Shown piece by piece: positions 21,586 through 32,715 of a stretch of 64,000 bases of DNA (position 1 is its first letter; every line of letters starts with the position of its first letter). This stretch comes from Nitrospirota bacterium (GTDB taxonomy: Bacteria > Nitrospirota > UBA9217), in the NCBI GenBank assembly GCA_963737155.1, contig CAVTRN010000001.1, forward strand, positions 1,440,001 through 1,504,000, written 5' to 3'. The notes under the pieces were generated by a model that searched no databases, was not told the origin of the DNA, and saw nothing but the letters and a program-made list of their open reading frames with translations. The position numbers and the translations under genes were made by a program.

Positions 21586-22654
21586 TGTAGACCTCGGCGA
21601 GAGGAGTTACTATATTGCTCTTGGGGTCAGTCTGGATCAGTCTGGTGCGGAGCTGCAAGGGTTTGGATTCGGCAGAAAAATGGCCGTGGTTACGAATCCC
21701 TCGGTCAAGAAGCTTTACGGGCAGCGTGTGGTGGACAGTCTCAAGGCCGCGGGTTTCCTCGTCATGTCCATCGAAATCCCTGACGGCGAAAAATTCAAAA
21801 CACTTGACTGGGCCAACTCGATCTATTCAGCGCTCCTTATCAATAGCTTCGACCGTAAATCGGCGCTTGTCGCGCTCGGCGGTGGTGTGATCGGCGACAT
21901 CACCGGTTTTGCGGCAGCCACATTTATGCGCGGAGTGCCATTTGTACAGATACCTACAACACTCCTTGCCATGGTCGACAGCAGCGTCGGCGGCAAGACC
22001 GGCGTGAACCATCCCTTGGGGAAGAACATGATAGGCGCGTTTTACCAGCCGAAAAAGGTAATCATGGACCTCGACGTGCTCAAGTCGCTGCCGAAGGAGG
22101 AATTTCTCGCCGGCATGGCCGAAGTCATCAAGTATGGCATCATTCGGGATGCGTCATTTTTCGACTATCTCGACATTAACCGGGAGAAAATTCTTTCTCT
22201 CGATCCTTGCGTGTTGGAGCATATCGTACGGCGGTCCTGCGAGATCAAGGCGGAAATAGTGAGCAAGGACGAGCGCGAAGGCGGTCTCCGTGCTATCCTT
22301 AATTTCGGCCATACCGTGGCGCATGCCGTTGAGACAGCCGAGAACTATTCGTTGAGCCATGGTCATGCCGTTGCCATCGGGATGGTCTACGCTGCGCAAC
22401 TAGCGCACAAAAACGGTCTCTGCGACGGTTCGGTGCCCGAGCGGGTGAAGAAACTTCTCGCATCCTATGGTTTGCCGATCAGTCTTTCGGCGCTCAGCAG
22501 GAAGCCCACGATAGCCGAACTCATAGGTGCTATGCAGGTGGACAAGAAGGCGGAAGACGGGAAAGTGAAGTTCGTCTTACCGACTAAGATTGGTGCAGTG
22601 GTTATTACGAAGGACTGGGAAGAACAACACCTATTGGAGCTGATTTCAGAGTAG
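21572..22654 (+). CDS. aroB: 3-dehydroquinate synthase
   Basis: GGGVIGD, PTTLLAMVDSSVGGKTGVN, LNFGHT motifs. Confidence 0.97.
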   Translation: MHTVNVDLGERSYYIALGVSLDQSGAELQGFGFGRKMAVVTNPSVKKLYGQRVVDSLKAAGFLVMSIEIPDGEKFKTLDWANSIYSALLINSFDRKSALVALGGGVIGDITGFAAATFMRGVPFVQIPTTLLAMVDSSVGGKTGVNHPLGKNMIGAFYQPKKVIMDLDVLKSLPKEEFLAGMAEVIKYGIIRDASFFDYLDINREKILSLDPCVLEHIVRRSCEIKAEIVSKDEREGGLRAILNFGHTVAHAVETAENYSLSHGHAVAIGMVYAAQLAHKNGLCDGSVPERVKKLLASYGLPISLSALSRKPTIAELIGAMQVDKKAEDGKVKFVLPTKIGAVVITKDWEEQHLLELISE

Positions 22655-22834
22655 CAGGCGTCGGTATAAGGAGGGAGTCGTTAGCGAATATCTCTGGCAC
22701 TACCCGTTCTGTAACAAGGATGAGACCGTGACCGAGTAAGGCAAGCACGGCGCTTTTGCCAATCTGATTCTCGAAAACTCAGATGATACAACCTCCTAGG
22801 TTTCTAGGGGGTTCTCAACTGTTCAATCGTTAAT

Positions 22835-23109
22835 CACTGCTGTCCAAAATAGACTTAAATAGCCATTGTGGTCAAAAAAGCACCTTGATTTTATTAATGA
22901 TGATACAGCACCCTGTATCGAGGTTCCTTTATGGTTCAGTATGCTGTCCAATATATCGAAGGACGCTCAAACTGTTTGTTTTCGCGATGATAAAGCAATT
23001 TTATCTGCAAAACAAGGGGTTTAGAGCTGTATTAAACAATCGATAAAGCCTGGGGCTCCGTTTAAGTCAAAATGCTGTCTAAAACAAAAAGCTATTTTGG
23101 ACAAGAGTG
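22835..23109. mobile_element. MITE with IS4-type terminal inverted repeats
   Basis: TIRs cactgctgtccaaaatag / ctattttggacaagagtg (16/18 match); flanking 9-bp near-direct repeat atcgttaat/attgttaat; no transposase. Confidence 0.7.
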
Positions 23110-23196
23110 ATTGTTAATTGTATATTAGCAACTTTTATGATATATTATTTGCAGCGTAATTTAAAAATAAGGGCTAAGCATCAGTAATCTAACAAC

Positions 23197-24902
23197 TTGA
23201 GTCCACAAAAAGTGTCGAATAAGAAAAGAACCAAAAATAAGAATGTTGGTGGAAAAGACACCCTGTCATTCACTGCAAATATATTTCTGGATGATCATTC
23301 CTACCCGGAAATAAAGACCTCTCTTTATGCCATCCTCGACAATATGGGCATCTTGTATGGCCGTATAAAGAGGACTCTGTTCAAAGACTGCATTCGCTCC
23401 GGCAAAAAACAACAGAATTAAAGAACGAATACCTGTCAACGTACAAGATCACTGCACGGCAGTACAATGCAGTCCGCTATGACCTGGACGGGAATATCAA
23501 GGCGGTAACGGAAATCAACAAGCTCAGAATCCTGGATCTTGAAGAGAAAATAATATCGGTAAAAAAGTGGATTGCAAACAATGAGTCAAGAATACTCAAA
23601 ATAACGGATGATGTGAGTATCCCAAGCACTGAAAAAAAGATCCAGGCAAAGGAGCTTCAGTATCGTGTTGATAATAAGAAACGAAAGCTTGCTTCTTTGG
23701 AGCAAAAGCTTTCCAAGCTCAGGGAAGATCAGAAAAACCGGCGGGTAAGGATTTGTTTCGGGTCAAACAAGATATTCAGAAAACAATTTTCCCTGGAGGA
23801 AAACGGGTACAAGAGCCACAATGAATGGCTCCTGGACTGGAAAAGGTCTCGCAATAACACTTTCTTTTGCCTTGGCTCGAAGGACGAATCGGGCGGGAAC
23901 CAAACGTGCACCCTGAAGTCCGATGGGACGATGAGATTAAGGGTCCCTGATTGTATGAAGGACAAATACGGGCAATCCATTATAATTCCCCGCATAAAAT
24001 ATCCCTATGGTCAGGAACATATCGAAACGGCCCTTCAGGCCGGAATAGCGATTTCTCACAGGTTTACCAGGGGCGAGAAGGGCTGGTACCTGCACACGAC
24101 GGTAGATATTCCAAAGGCAAAAACAGTTACTTACAAGCCAAAGGAAATCGGGTCTATCGGAGTGGACGTCAATGAAAAAGAAATCGCGGTTAGCGAGACC
24201 GACCGGTACGGGAATTATGTCAGGAGCATAACATATCCATCCTGCGTTAAGGATTTGCGTACTGAACAGACAGAAGCAATGTATAGCGATATCTGCAAGT
24301 CCATCGTGGACCGGGCAGCCAAGACGGGAAAACCTATATCCCACGAAGAACTCGATTTTAGCAAGAAGAAAGCTTCCTTAAAAGAGCAGGGCGTTACTTA
24401 CGCAAGGATGCTTTCCGGTTTCGCCTACGGAACCTTCCTCACCCTGCTGGATAGAAGGGCGGCAAAACATGGCGTTTCCGTGCTCCCGGTCAACCCTGCT
24501 TTCACCACGACCATAGGGAAATTTAATTACGTGGACCGCTATGGTATTACGTCGCATGAAGCTGCGGCGCTGGCCATCGCGAGACGCTCTCAACATTTCA
24601 GTGAAAGGCCTGATTCCGCCAGAATCGCGCCTCCCGTACCTGCAAGGAATCGGGGGGTGCATATCTGGAGCATTTGGAGAAGGCTGAAGACGAGACAGGC
24701 GGGCGGTAGCATTAGCCTGACCGGCTCAAGGCGGTCCTTACAGGACTCCTCAGGTTGCGCTGAACCACAAACGAAATTTACATCAACGAAGACAGCGCAA
24801 TCCATGCGGCCACCTCTTGCTACAATAAAGAGTGTGCACCGCCGCATGGGATCCCAATTCAAAAATCACGGGACTTGGGTGAATCAGAGGCATGCGCCCT
24901 GA
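23197..24902 (+). pseudogene. tnpB: IS607-type TnpB-related RNA-guided nuclease, one frameshift at ~23410
   Basis: ORFs 23197-23421 and 23613-24902 join by a -1 shift at GGC AAA AAA C; ITARQYN, RICFGS, GSKDE..GNQ, RuvC-I IGVDVN, RuvC-II EELDF, VNPAFTT, HEAAALAIARR. Confidence 0.8.
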
Positions 24903-24995
24903 CGTTAACCGGCAGCAGCACTGTTCGGCTGCCGTCCTAGTATGTGGAAATAAAATACTATGGTTTCAGGAACGGTTGAACAATAAGATCAGGGT
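24760..24995 (+). ncRNA. Putative TnpB right-end (omega/reRNA) scaffold plus flank-derived guide; 5' boundary uncertain
   Basis: Hairpins cggcagc..gctgccg (24910-24934) and tagtat..atacta (24938-24960), then ..tttcaggaacGG at the junction with unrelated ISL3 sequence. Confidence 0.5.
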
Positions 24996-25120
24996 GATAA
25001 AGCGCCAAGCCTATGGTTATCGAGATGAAGGATATCTTTGTCTCAAAATTCTGACCTGTATGTTGTCTTACATTTGGCCAAAAACGGCTTAAATTTACCC
25101 ACAAGTATTGCAAAAGATCC
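24976..25120 (+). mobile_element. ISL3-family remnant (transposase C-terminus and right end)
   Basis: LNNKIRVIKRQAYGYRDEGYLCLKI is the ISL3 C-terminal motif; terminus ..cccacaagtattgcaaaagatcc. Confidence 0.8.
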
Positions 25121-25213
25121 ACAATATTTTGTCATAAAAGGCAAGGCAGGGAACGCTTCCCTGTTTTACTTTTATTCTGGATGTTTCCTCAACAATTTGC
25201 TACTCTACTGCCC

Positions 25214-26500
25214 ATGTTGATACGCACCTCCGCTTCGCGCAATCCCTGGTCCTTCCTTCCCACGCTTTACTTCGCCGAGGGCCTGCCGTATGTACTTATC
25301 AATACGGTGTCCGTTATCCTGTACAAGCGCATGGGCATCGATAACGCAGACATTGCCTTTTGGACAAGCTGGCTTTATCTTCCATGGGTCATCAAGATGT
25401 TTTGGGGCCCCTTTGTGGACGTATATTCCACCAAACGAAAGTGGATCCTTGCCACGCAAACGGCGATGAGCCTCTGTATGTTGCTCATCGCCGTTTCACT
25501 CAGGTCCGATGAGTTCTTTTATCTGTCCCTAGCAGCTTTCCTTGCAGGCGCATTCGTCTCCGCGACCAATGACATTGCTACGGACGGGTTCTACATGCTT
25601 GCGTTGCCGGAAAAAGAGCAAGCCCTCTTTGTGGGACTGCGGGCGGGTTTCTACCGGCTAGCAATGATCTTCGGTACGGGTTTCCTGGTCTATGTCGCTG
25701 GTATGCTCGAGATGTCGAGCGGCAATATCTCCTGGAGCTGGTCGATGGTCATGGTATTATCGGGGGTGATATTTGCCGCCGTAGCCGTATATCACAATTT
25801 TTTACTACCCTTTCCTGCAAGAGACGGCCGCCGAACTGCTGTTGAGAAGGACAACGAATCGTCCTTTGGAGAGGTCATTCGCGCTTACTTCAGACAGGAA
25901 AAGATCGGCGTCATGCTGGCATTCATTCTGTTCTACCGCTTGGGCGAAGCAATGCTCCTGAAACTGGTTTCACCTTTCCTGCTTGATCAAGGCAGTGCAG
26001 GGGGGCTTGGGCTCACGACTGAGGAGGTCGGGCTGGTTTACGGGACAATAGGCGTTGTTTGCCTGGTAAGTGGTGGTATCCTCGGAGGTTGGCTTATAGC
26101 GCGGTTCGGTTTCAGGCGGTGCGTCTGGCCCATGGTGGTCATCATGCATCTACCGGACCTCTTGTTCGTGTATATGGCTTATGCGCAGCCCGGAATTGGC
26201 TTTGTCTATCCTCTAGTGGCGCTGGAGCAGTTTGGATACGGTCTGGGCTTCACGGTGTTTACGGTTTACCTCATGTACTCAGCAACGGGTAAATATAAAA
26301 CATCGCATTATGCCATCTCAACAGGGATTATGGCGCTTGGTATGATGTTGCCGGGGTTTATAAGCGGTTGGCTCCAACAGTCGCTAGGGTACAGAAGTTT
26401 TTTCATCATCGTCTGCTTCTTGACCATTCCCGGCATGCTGACCATCCCGTTTCTTCCTAAAGACCGCTTGGAAATGTCGAAAGAAGTGCCAGAATCGTAA
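25214..26500 (+). CDS. AmpG-family MFS permease
   Basis: PWSFLPTLYFAEGLPY, LPWVIKMFWGPFVD, SATNDIATDGFY; about 12 TM. Confidence 0.88.
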   Translation: MLIRTSASRNPWSFLPTLYFAEGLPYVLINTVSVILYKRMGIDNADIAFWTSWLYLPWVIKMFWGPFVDVYSTKRKWILATQTAMSLCMLLIAVSLRSDEFFYLSLAAFLAGAFVSATNDIATDGFYMLALPEKEQALFVGLRAGFYRLAMIFGTGFLVYVAGMLEMSSGNISWSWSMVMVLSGVIFAAVAVYHNFLLPFPARDGRRTAVEKDNESSFGEVIRAYFRQEKIGVMLAFILFYRLGEAMLLKLVSPFLLDQGSAGGLGLTTEEVGLVYGTIGVVCLVSGGILGGWLIARFGFRRCVWPMVVIMHLPDLLFVYMAYAQPGIGFVYPLVALEQFGYGLGFTVFTVYLMYSATGKYKTSHYAISTGIMALGMMLPGFISGWLQQSLGYRSFFIIVCFLTIPGMLTIPFLPKDRLEMSKEVPES

Positions 26501-26511
26501 CCTCAAGAGAA

Positions 26512-27144
26512 ATGAACTCTCTCGCCACTAAACCGTAAGAACGATTGTAGCGGGGGTTTCAAGGTTCCCGACGGAGGCGACCTGGAGGCATTTGCCCTCA
26601 TACTGTCTTACTTCCATCTCCCCGCGCGTGACTTCGGACCGTTCCGGCCCTAGTTGCTGCTTTTTCTTTAACCGCATGGCACGCGTTGTTTGCATTACAG
26701 CAATCTCGCCGGCAACCAGCATCTGGGTTCCCCTGTTTTTGACAGAGCGGGATGCATTAAAGTCGGCGTTTGCTGCAAATCCGCAGCGTTGGCATTCGAA
26801 TATCGCCTGAGATTGGAGATTATTAAGGTGAGTGTGCAAACGGTTCGAACACGCCTACGACGTGCCGTGTGGCGGGACGACTATGACGAGCTTGTTTTCT
26901 CTTCTGGCTATGTAGGCGAGGCGGTGAGCAGCTTTATATTGCCCCAGAGGACTCCAAAATCGTTTTATTGAGGCCTGACTTGGCGGCAGCTCCGTTGGGA
27001 AGGCATGTACTGGTACCATTTTCCGCTAGTTTAGGTTCCGGTGCTTTGGTTATGTTCTCGCCTTTAAGATCCTCTAATACAATGCTCTGCATCGGAATCT
27101 ATATATCCCCCCTCTGGGAGACGGGGTTTTTTTCGACATGGATG
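26512..27144 (-). mobile_element. tnpB: Degraded IS200/IS605 element with tnpB 3' fragment
   Basis: Minus-strand fragments IVLEDL..PNGAAAKSGLNKTIL and FECQRCGFAANADFNAS; left hairpin aaaaccccgtctcccagagggggga after TTAT; right end gaaacccccgct..tagtggcgagagagttcat. Confidence 0.75.
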
Positions 27145-27244
27145 ATAAAATTGTCTCTATGTCTGGGGAGACAATGTAAATAATAAGAGCTTAACACAAA
27201 TAGAAATGCGGATATCATAGTGGATAGACGGCGTGTGGATGCAG

Positions 27245-27745
27245 TTAATCCTTCGTATCTATCGATTTTCCTTCTGAGAGGTCTTCAATTTTTCTGGCTT
27301 CCGCAGCCTTGGTTAACAGTTCTCCACGACTTTGCATCGCCTTTTCTGCCGCATCAGGGTCCTTCTTGAGTTCATAACTCGCTACAAGTGCTTCGTAATA
27401 ATGGGCCTCCTCGGTATAACTTCGCGATCGACGCAGAACTCCTTCCTTGAGCTGCGACTCCTCCTTGATAATTCGCTGCAACACTGCAATGGCATCATCT
27501 GGCCTGTTTTCCGAATTATATGCCACGGCTAGCCGGTAATCGAGGAACCGCAGCTGGCTTTCAAGGATCGCGGCATATAAAGGGTCCTGCTTCGCTCGTG
27601 TATTGTCTTTCGAATGTGCGAGATCAGCTCTCTCTGCTGCTATGATGGCGCTTTCCGGCTTTGATGGTTCTTTTATCAAAAAGAGGACCAGAAAAACCGC
27701 AGCGACGAGGATAAAAAACGCGATTATTTTGATATGTGGTTTCAA
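27245..27745 (-). CDS. Membrane-anchored helical (TPR-like) hypothetical protein
   Basis: N-terminal TM helix; YRLAVAY..DDAIAVLQRII and HYYEALVASYE..AAEKA TPR-like pattern. Confidence 0.6.
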   Translation of the reverse strand: MKPHIKIIAFFILVAAVFLVLFLIKEPSKPESAIIAAERADLAHSKDNTRAKQDPLYAAILESQLRFLDYRLAVAYNSENRPDDAIAVLQRIIKEESQLKEGVLRRSRSYTEEAHYYEALVASYELKKDPDAAEKAMQSRGELLTKAAEARKIEDLSEGKSIDTKD

Positions 27746-28685
27746 GGGAAGACGTCCTTACGCTCGCCAGGGCGAACAGGATAGGAGTTTAAGATCAGGC
27801 TATATGATGAAAAAGATAATACAACATAAAGGAAAAGGCAAGGGAAAAGCAACATCCCGAAGGTTGCGGAGTTTTATATTTTATGATAATACTATCGAGG
27901 ATGATGGTCAGGTTGCGGAGAATTCGTTATTCATTAAAGGGGCTCCTCAGCAGAATCTGTGGATAAAAAATCAGCATTTAAGGAAAAGTCTCGCATTCCG
28001 GCATAACCATTATGCTAATTTATAGTTGCATTGACGTCACATTTGCCATTGCTGTCTTTATTCATCGTTGCTTACAACGCAGGTGATAAATCTCACTGTG
28101 ACATTTATTAGCCTATTCGCTAGTGATGAGATCTTGCAATCACGCGTAATTACAGAACAAATACGGAATCGTAATCTAAAAAATATCCACAGATTCAGCG
28201 GAGGAGGCATTAAAGGCATCTGGCCGTTTCAACCAGTACCTTGCGAAGGGTCCAGCTCATGCGAAGCACTCCTTGAATTTGCTTTCAGTCCATACGAACT
28301 CGTCCCTGATCAAGATTGATTTTATTTGATTATTTTTATTCTGGAAAAGCTGGATGTTGCCGATGTAGATTGCCTCATCGTCGGGTTTGACCTCAAGCCG
28401 TTAAAACTGTCAAGTTTGTCTTTCTTGAAATCCCTAAGTTGTCTCCCGCCATACAGGACAAAAATGTTTCTGAACTCCCACGACTTGTACGTTTTAAGCT
28501 TCCGATCCCCCTCCTGAAGCTACGGATGCAGTTTGATTCGGTCGAAATTTAACGCTTTGGCCGGCCACCACGTTCATGATGCTTGTCACTTGCTGCACCG
28601 AACCTCTGGAAAGGCCTGCGCCCGCTTCGAGCATATCATGCTGAATAAAGCTGATTAATTGTGTGCGCATCATTTGCAGCCCCGC

Positions 28686-29159
28686 CTATTCAACGATCGT
28701 CACCACCATGCCCGCCCCCTGTCCCGCGATCCTTCCTGCGACTGTGCCGAGTACATTCTTCGGTGAGTGATGGGATCTCCCTACGACGATGGCCCGGCAG
28801 TTGCTGTCCTTTGCCTCTTCGAGGATACTGTCGGCAACATCCGTCGAGTCGGACACAAATTTCGTCCGGATTCTTGCGGTCGGCATCCCCTTTGCGGTAA
28901 GCGTATTCACGGCCTTGCTAAACAGCGGTTCTATCTTGGCCTTCTGAGCGAGAAGCCATTTATCCACGACCTTAGATCGATCCTGCTTCTCATCATCGGA
29001 CAGGATATGTCCCTCATCCCAGAAAATCGCGGGAAGGTTCGGGAGCACATGCACGAGGCTGACTTCCAAATCGTCGTCAAGGCCGAATTGCTGTGCTACA
29101 TATTCAACCGCTTTCATGGCGCTCTGTGATTCATCCAATGCTATCAGCATCTTTGTCAT
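28686..29159 (-). CDS. Universal stress protein
   Basis: KMLIALDESQSAMKAVEY..LVHV..IVVGRS..LGTVAGRI. Confidence 0.9.
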   Translation of the reverse strand: MTKMLIALDESQSAMKAVEYVAQQFGLDDDLEVSLVHVLPNLPAIFWDEGHILSDDEKQDRSKVVDKWLLAQKAKIEPLFSKAVNTLTAKGMPTARIRTKFVSDSTDVADSILEEAKDSNCRAIVVGRSHHSPKNVLGTVAGRIAGQGAGMVVTIVE

Positions 29160-29306
29160 TTTTCTTCCTCCAGGGTACTTTTATTGTAGCGTCGGATCAG
29201 GGCCGATAGTCGCGGCTGTCGCCCGAAAACACCATATATAATGAGGATAATATATCCTGAGGGAAAAGGCAAGGGCGGTTCTGGAAAAAAAAGAAGGGGA
29301 AAACCG

Positions 29307-29657
29307 TTAATATGTGCCGTCACCCTGAATCGATCGCACGAACTGCTCCGCAAGCCGTCCGTTCCTGCCCCCAGCAGCAAGGGCCCACTGGATCGCGAGT
29401 CGCTCAAGCTTGTTCCCGTCCATGCGGACGCCATACTTCGTAGCGTAGGATGTGACTATCTCCAGGTAGGTATCCTCGGAAAAGTGGTAAAAGCCAAAGC
29501 GCAGGCCGAAACGATCCACAAGCGAGATCTTCTCCTCCACCGTATCGGAAGGCCGAATCTCGTCGCTGTCATTGTCCGAGAACCTCGTGGTGATCAGATG
29601 TTTCCGATTCGATGTTGCATAGAACAGTACGTTTGCCGGGATTTGTTCCAGACCGCC
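29307..29657 (-). pseudogene. DUF815-family AAA+ ATPase, 3' half only (interrupted by Tn7-like end)
   Basis: GGLE..PANVLFYATSNRKHL..EEKISLVDRFGLRFGFY..A.QW....GGRNGR.AEQF; homology stops at the TGT end. Confidence 0.85.
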
Positions 29658-29883
29658 TGTCACAAACAATAATAAAAGAGACTGATAGTAATTTTATATT
29701 TTAATTAACCTATTGTAAATATGAATTAAAATAATTAACCATATCCTTGCCAATACAAAAATAATACATTATATAATTAAACTATAACATAATATAACGA
29801 TACAACATTTAATATTAACAATATATATTGATAACAAGTTGCAGTAAGTTGACAATAATATTATTTTCATTTATAATTAAATC

Positions 29884-30558
29884 ATGCCAGCACGCAAAAT
29901 ACGCAGAAATTACAGGTCGGTAACTGGAATTTTCCCCAGCATATTCAAAAATGGTCGGGGTGTCGCTTACGAGTCCCCTTTGGAGAGGGATTTTTTTACT
30001 CTATTGGAGTTCGATGATAATGTGAAAACATATGAGGAGCAACCAGTGAAGATACTTCATAAGAAGGGTCGAAAAACGATACCCTATTACCCCGATTGTC
30101 TCATTACTTACATACCCGAAATAAAGCGAAAGGATCTTCTCCTGGATGTCAAGGATACGGACACTATTGAGAAAACTAAAGATGATTACGAATATAGGCG
30201 TGATGTCGTCGCGCGTTACGCAGAAGAACACGGACAAGATTATGCAGTTTTTACAGAGAAGGAAATCCGGACAGTGTACCTTAAAAACGTGAAGTTTCTC
30301 TATCGCTTCGCTCGTGCTCCACAGAATCTCAATGAAGTGCAAATGATGATCAAGGGCAGCGGGGTTGCTGGTGCGCTTCTTGCCGTAAACGAACTTCTTG
30401 CAAAGTTGACACCGGACAAGAAGCGACAAATGGAAATACTACCTTCAATTTGGCATCTTGTGTGTATCAAAAAGATATCTACGAACTTAGACGATAAAGA
30501 ACTAAATATGAAATCCATCCTGAATGTAACCAATGATACGCGACAACGGCAGAGATGA
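29884..30558 (+). CDS. tnsA: TnsA endonuclease
   Basis: RSVTG..YESPLERDF..LEFD..EEQP..YYPD..DVK..TEKEIR..YLKNVKFL. Confidence 0.92.
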   Translation: MPARKIRRNYRSVTGIFPSIFKNGRGVAYESPLERDFFTLLEFDDNVKTYEEQPVKILHKKGRKTIPYYPDCLITYIPEIKRKDLLLDVKDTDTIEKTKDDYEYRRDVVARYAEEHGQDYAVFTEKEIRTVYLKNVKFLYRFARAPQNLNEVQMMIKGSGVAGALLAVNELLAKLTPDKKRQMEILPSIWHLVCIKKISTNLDDKELNMKSILNVTNDTRQRQR

Positions 30559-30756
30559 CGAAAAAAAAGACAGTACATGGTAAGCGCTTCTCGGTGTGAC
30601 TGTTTGGTACTAATCGGCAGTAACAGATTAGCATATCCCGTTTTGACTGTGTTCGCCGATCCGTGGAGCAAATCGTCAGGATAGATATGGCTTACATCGA
30701 AAGGCGCTAAATGCTGCGGTTGATACTCAGTAGATAGTCGTTCCTGAGGTTATAAT

Positions 30757-32715
30757 ATGGGCTTAGTATCCTTCACACCTGGAAGTATAGTTTATTCGGG
30801 AAAAGACCGTTATGAGGTAGTGGCAACATCTGATCTCAAGAACGTTTTGGTCAAAAAATCGGACACAGGCGAGAATAAAATCCTACCCGTTGCTTCCTTG
30901 AGATCTACTCCCGAAGAGGATAGCCCAGCAGACAGCGGAATCAGTACTGTTGGGCACATCGATGACAAACTATGGGCATTAGCTCTTTGGCGTCAAGAAG
31001 TGATTAAACCTCTTTTGAAGAATGGACGCACCAAAAGTGAGGTTATCGCACGTGCGAAACATTTTGAAGTCAGTCCGGTAACTGTCTACCGATGGATTGC
31101 CGATTTTGAGACTACAGGCACTACCAGCGCCTTGGTTCCGAAATACGATCAGCGTGGAGGCAGCGGAAAAACCAGATTTAACAAAAATGGGGAAGAAATT
31201 ATCAGTGCAACCTTGACAAAACTTTACCTTAACAAACAACAGTTGAAACCCACGAAAGTATACGATGAAATAAAAAGACTTTTTTCTCTCGCCAAGCTTA
31301 CCCCACCTCACATGAATACGATGATTAACAGAATCAAAACGTTTTCTAACAGGGAAGTGGCGGCGGCCCGTAAAGGCAAAAAATGGAGTCAAGACCACTT
31401 TGAGGAAAAAACAGGGCATTATCCAGGAGGCAAGTATCCGCTTGATGTCATACAGATCGATCACACCATGCTTGATGTCCATATTGTTGATGAGAAGCAC
31501 CGCGAGGTATTAGACCGTCCATGGCTCACGGTCGCAATCGATGTATTCTCGAGGGTGATCGTTGGTTTCTATATATACCCGGACCATCCAAGCTATTTCT
31601 CTGTGTCCCAATGCCTCGCCAATGCGTTTCTACCAAAAGACAAGTTTTTAAGATCAGTCAATGTCGAGGGCAACTGGGATGTCTGGGGCCGACCTTTTTC
31701 GATCTTCGCCGATAACGCCTGGGAGTTTCAGGGGGTCAATCTTAAGAGAGTATGCGCTGAATACGATACAATTCTTGAATGGCGACCAGTGAAGCACCCG
31801 GAATACGGCGGACATATTGAGCGCCTTTGCGGTACGCTTAACAATGAGATACATAGCCTGCCAGGAACGACATTTTCTAACATCCAAGCTAAAGGACAGG
31901 CGTATAACTCAGAGAAAGAAGCTGTAATGACAATCGCCGAACTTGAACATTGGTTCACTGATCTCGTAGTAAACACTTATCACAAAAGACCTCATTCAGG
32001 AATCAACGATATGTCACCCATGGCGAAATACGAGATGGGGATTCGCGGGGACGATACTACGCCTGGAACCGGACTCCCGACTGCCTTTGAGGACGAAGAT
32101 CGACTGAGGATCAGCCTTTACCCGCATTATATGAGGTCTGTAAGACGGGATGGTATCGTAATAGAAAATGTGCACTACTATCATGACGTACTCAGGAAGT
32201 GGATTAATGCATCCAAGGGGAGTAGAAAGAGACTATTTGAAGTGAACTATAATCCCCGCGACATGAGCGTAGTTTACTTCTACGATCCGGAGCTTAAAAA
32301 GTATTTTCCAATACCTTACAGGAATATGACTCATAAACCGTTGACACTCTGGGATATCACTGCCGAGAAGAAGTATTTACACGAGCAGGGCATGAAAACC
32401 ATTGACGAGGCCAGCATCTTCAGATCATATGAACGCAGGATGCACATAGTCGAAAATTCGACGGAAAAAACGAAACAGGCGCGTAAAGAGTCTCGCAAAC
32501 GGACCGAAGTGCGGGAATTCCACAAACGTAAGCATAAGCAGGAAACGCAGCCGGCAGAGCATTCCAAAAACGGAAATAATGTATCGAATGTTGCCGACGC
32601 TGGACAAGACAAGAAGTCCATATTTACCGACCTGTTAAAAAATGCAAGGCCCTTTGAGGGAATAAAAGTGATACATAGGAAATCTGAAAGGGGTTCGGAT
32701 GGTGACGAAGGATGA
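30757..32715 (+). CDS. tnsB: TnsB/TniA DDE transposase
   Basis: QIDHT, RPWLTVAIDVFSR, DNAWEF, YGGHIERL..PGTTFSN, YNPRDMS. Confidence 0.93.
   Translation: MGLVSFTPGSIVYSGKDRYEVVATSDLKNVLVKKSDTGENKILPVASLRSTPEEDSPADSGISTVGHIDDKLWALALWRQEVIKPLLKNGRTKSEVIARAKHFEVSPVTVYRWIADFETTGTTSALVPKYDQRGGSGKTRFNKNGEEIISATLTKLYLNKQQLKPTKVYDEIKRLFSLAKLTPPHMNTMINRIKTFSNREVAAARKGKKWSQDHFEEKTGHYPGGKYPLDVIQIDHTMLDVHIVDEKHREVLDRPWLTVAIDVFSRVIVGFYIYPDHPSYFSVSQCLANAFLPKDKFLRSVNVEGNWDVWGRPFSIFADNAWEFQGVNLKRVCAEYDTILEWRPVKHPEYGGHIERLCGTLNNEIHSLPGTTFSNIQAKGQAYNSEKEAVMTIAELEHWFTDLVVNTYHKRPHSGINDMSPMAKYEMGIRGDDTTPGTGLPTAFEDEDRLRISLYPHYMRSVRRDGIVIENVHYYHDVLRKWINASKGSRKRLFEVNYNPRDMSVVYFYDPELKKYFPIPYRNMTHKPLTLWDITAEKKYLHEQGMKTIDEASIFRSYERRMHIVENSTEKTKQARKESRKRTEVREFHKRKHKQETQPAEHSKNGNNVSNVADAGQDKKSIFTDLLKNARPFEGIKVIHRKSERGSDGDEG

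Noticed and set aside
28100-28640. Decayed minus-strand gene downstream of the USP gene
   Set aside because: Coding-like fragments with many stops; no family could be assigned.
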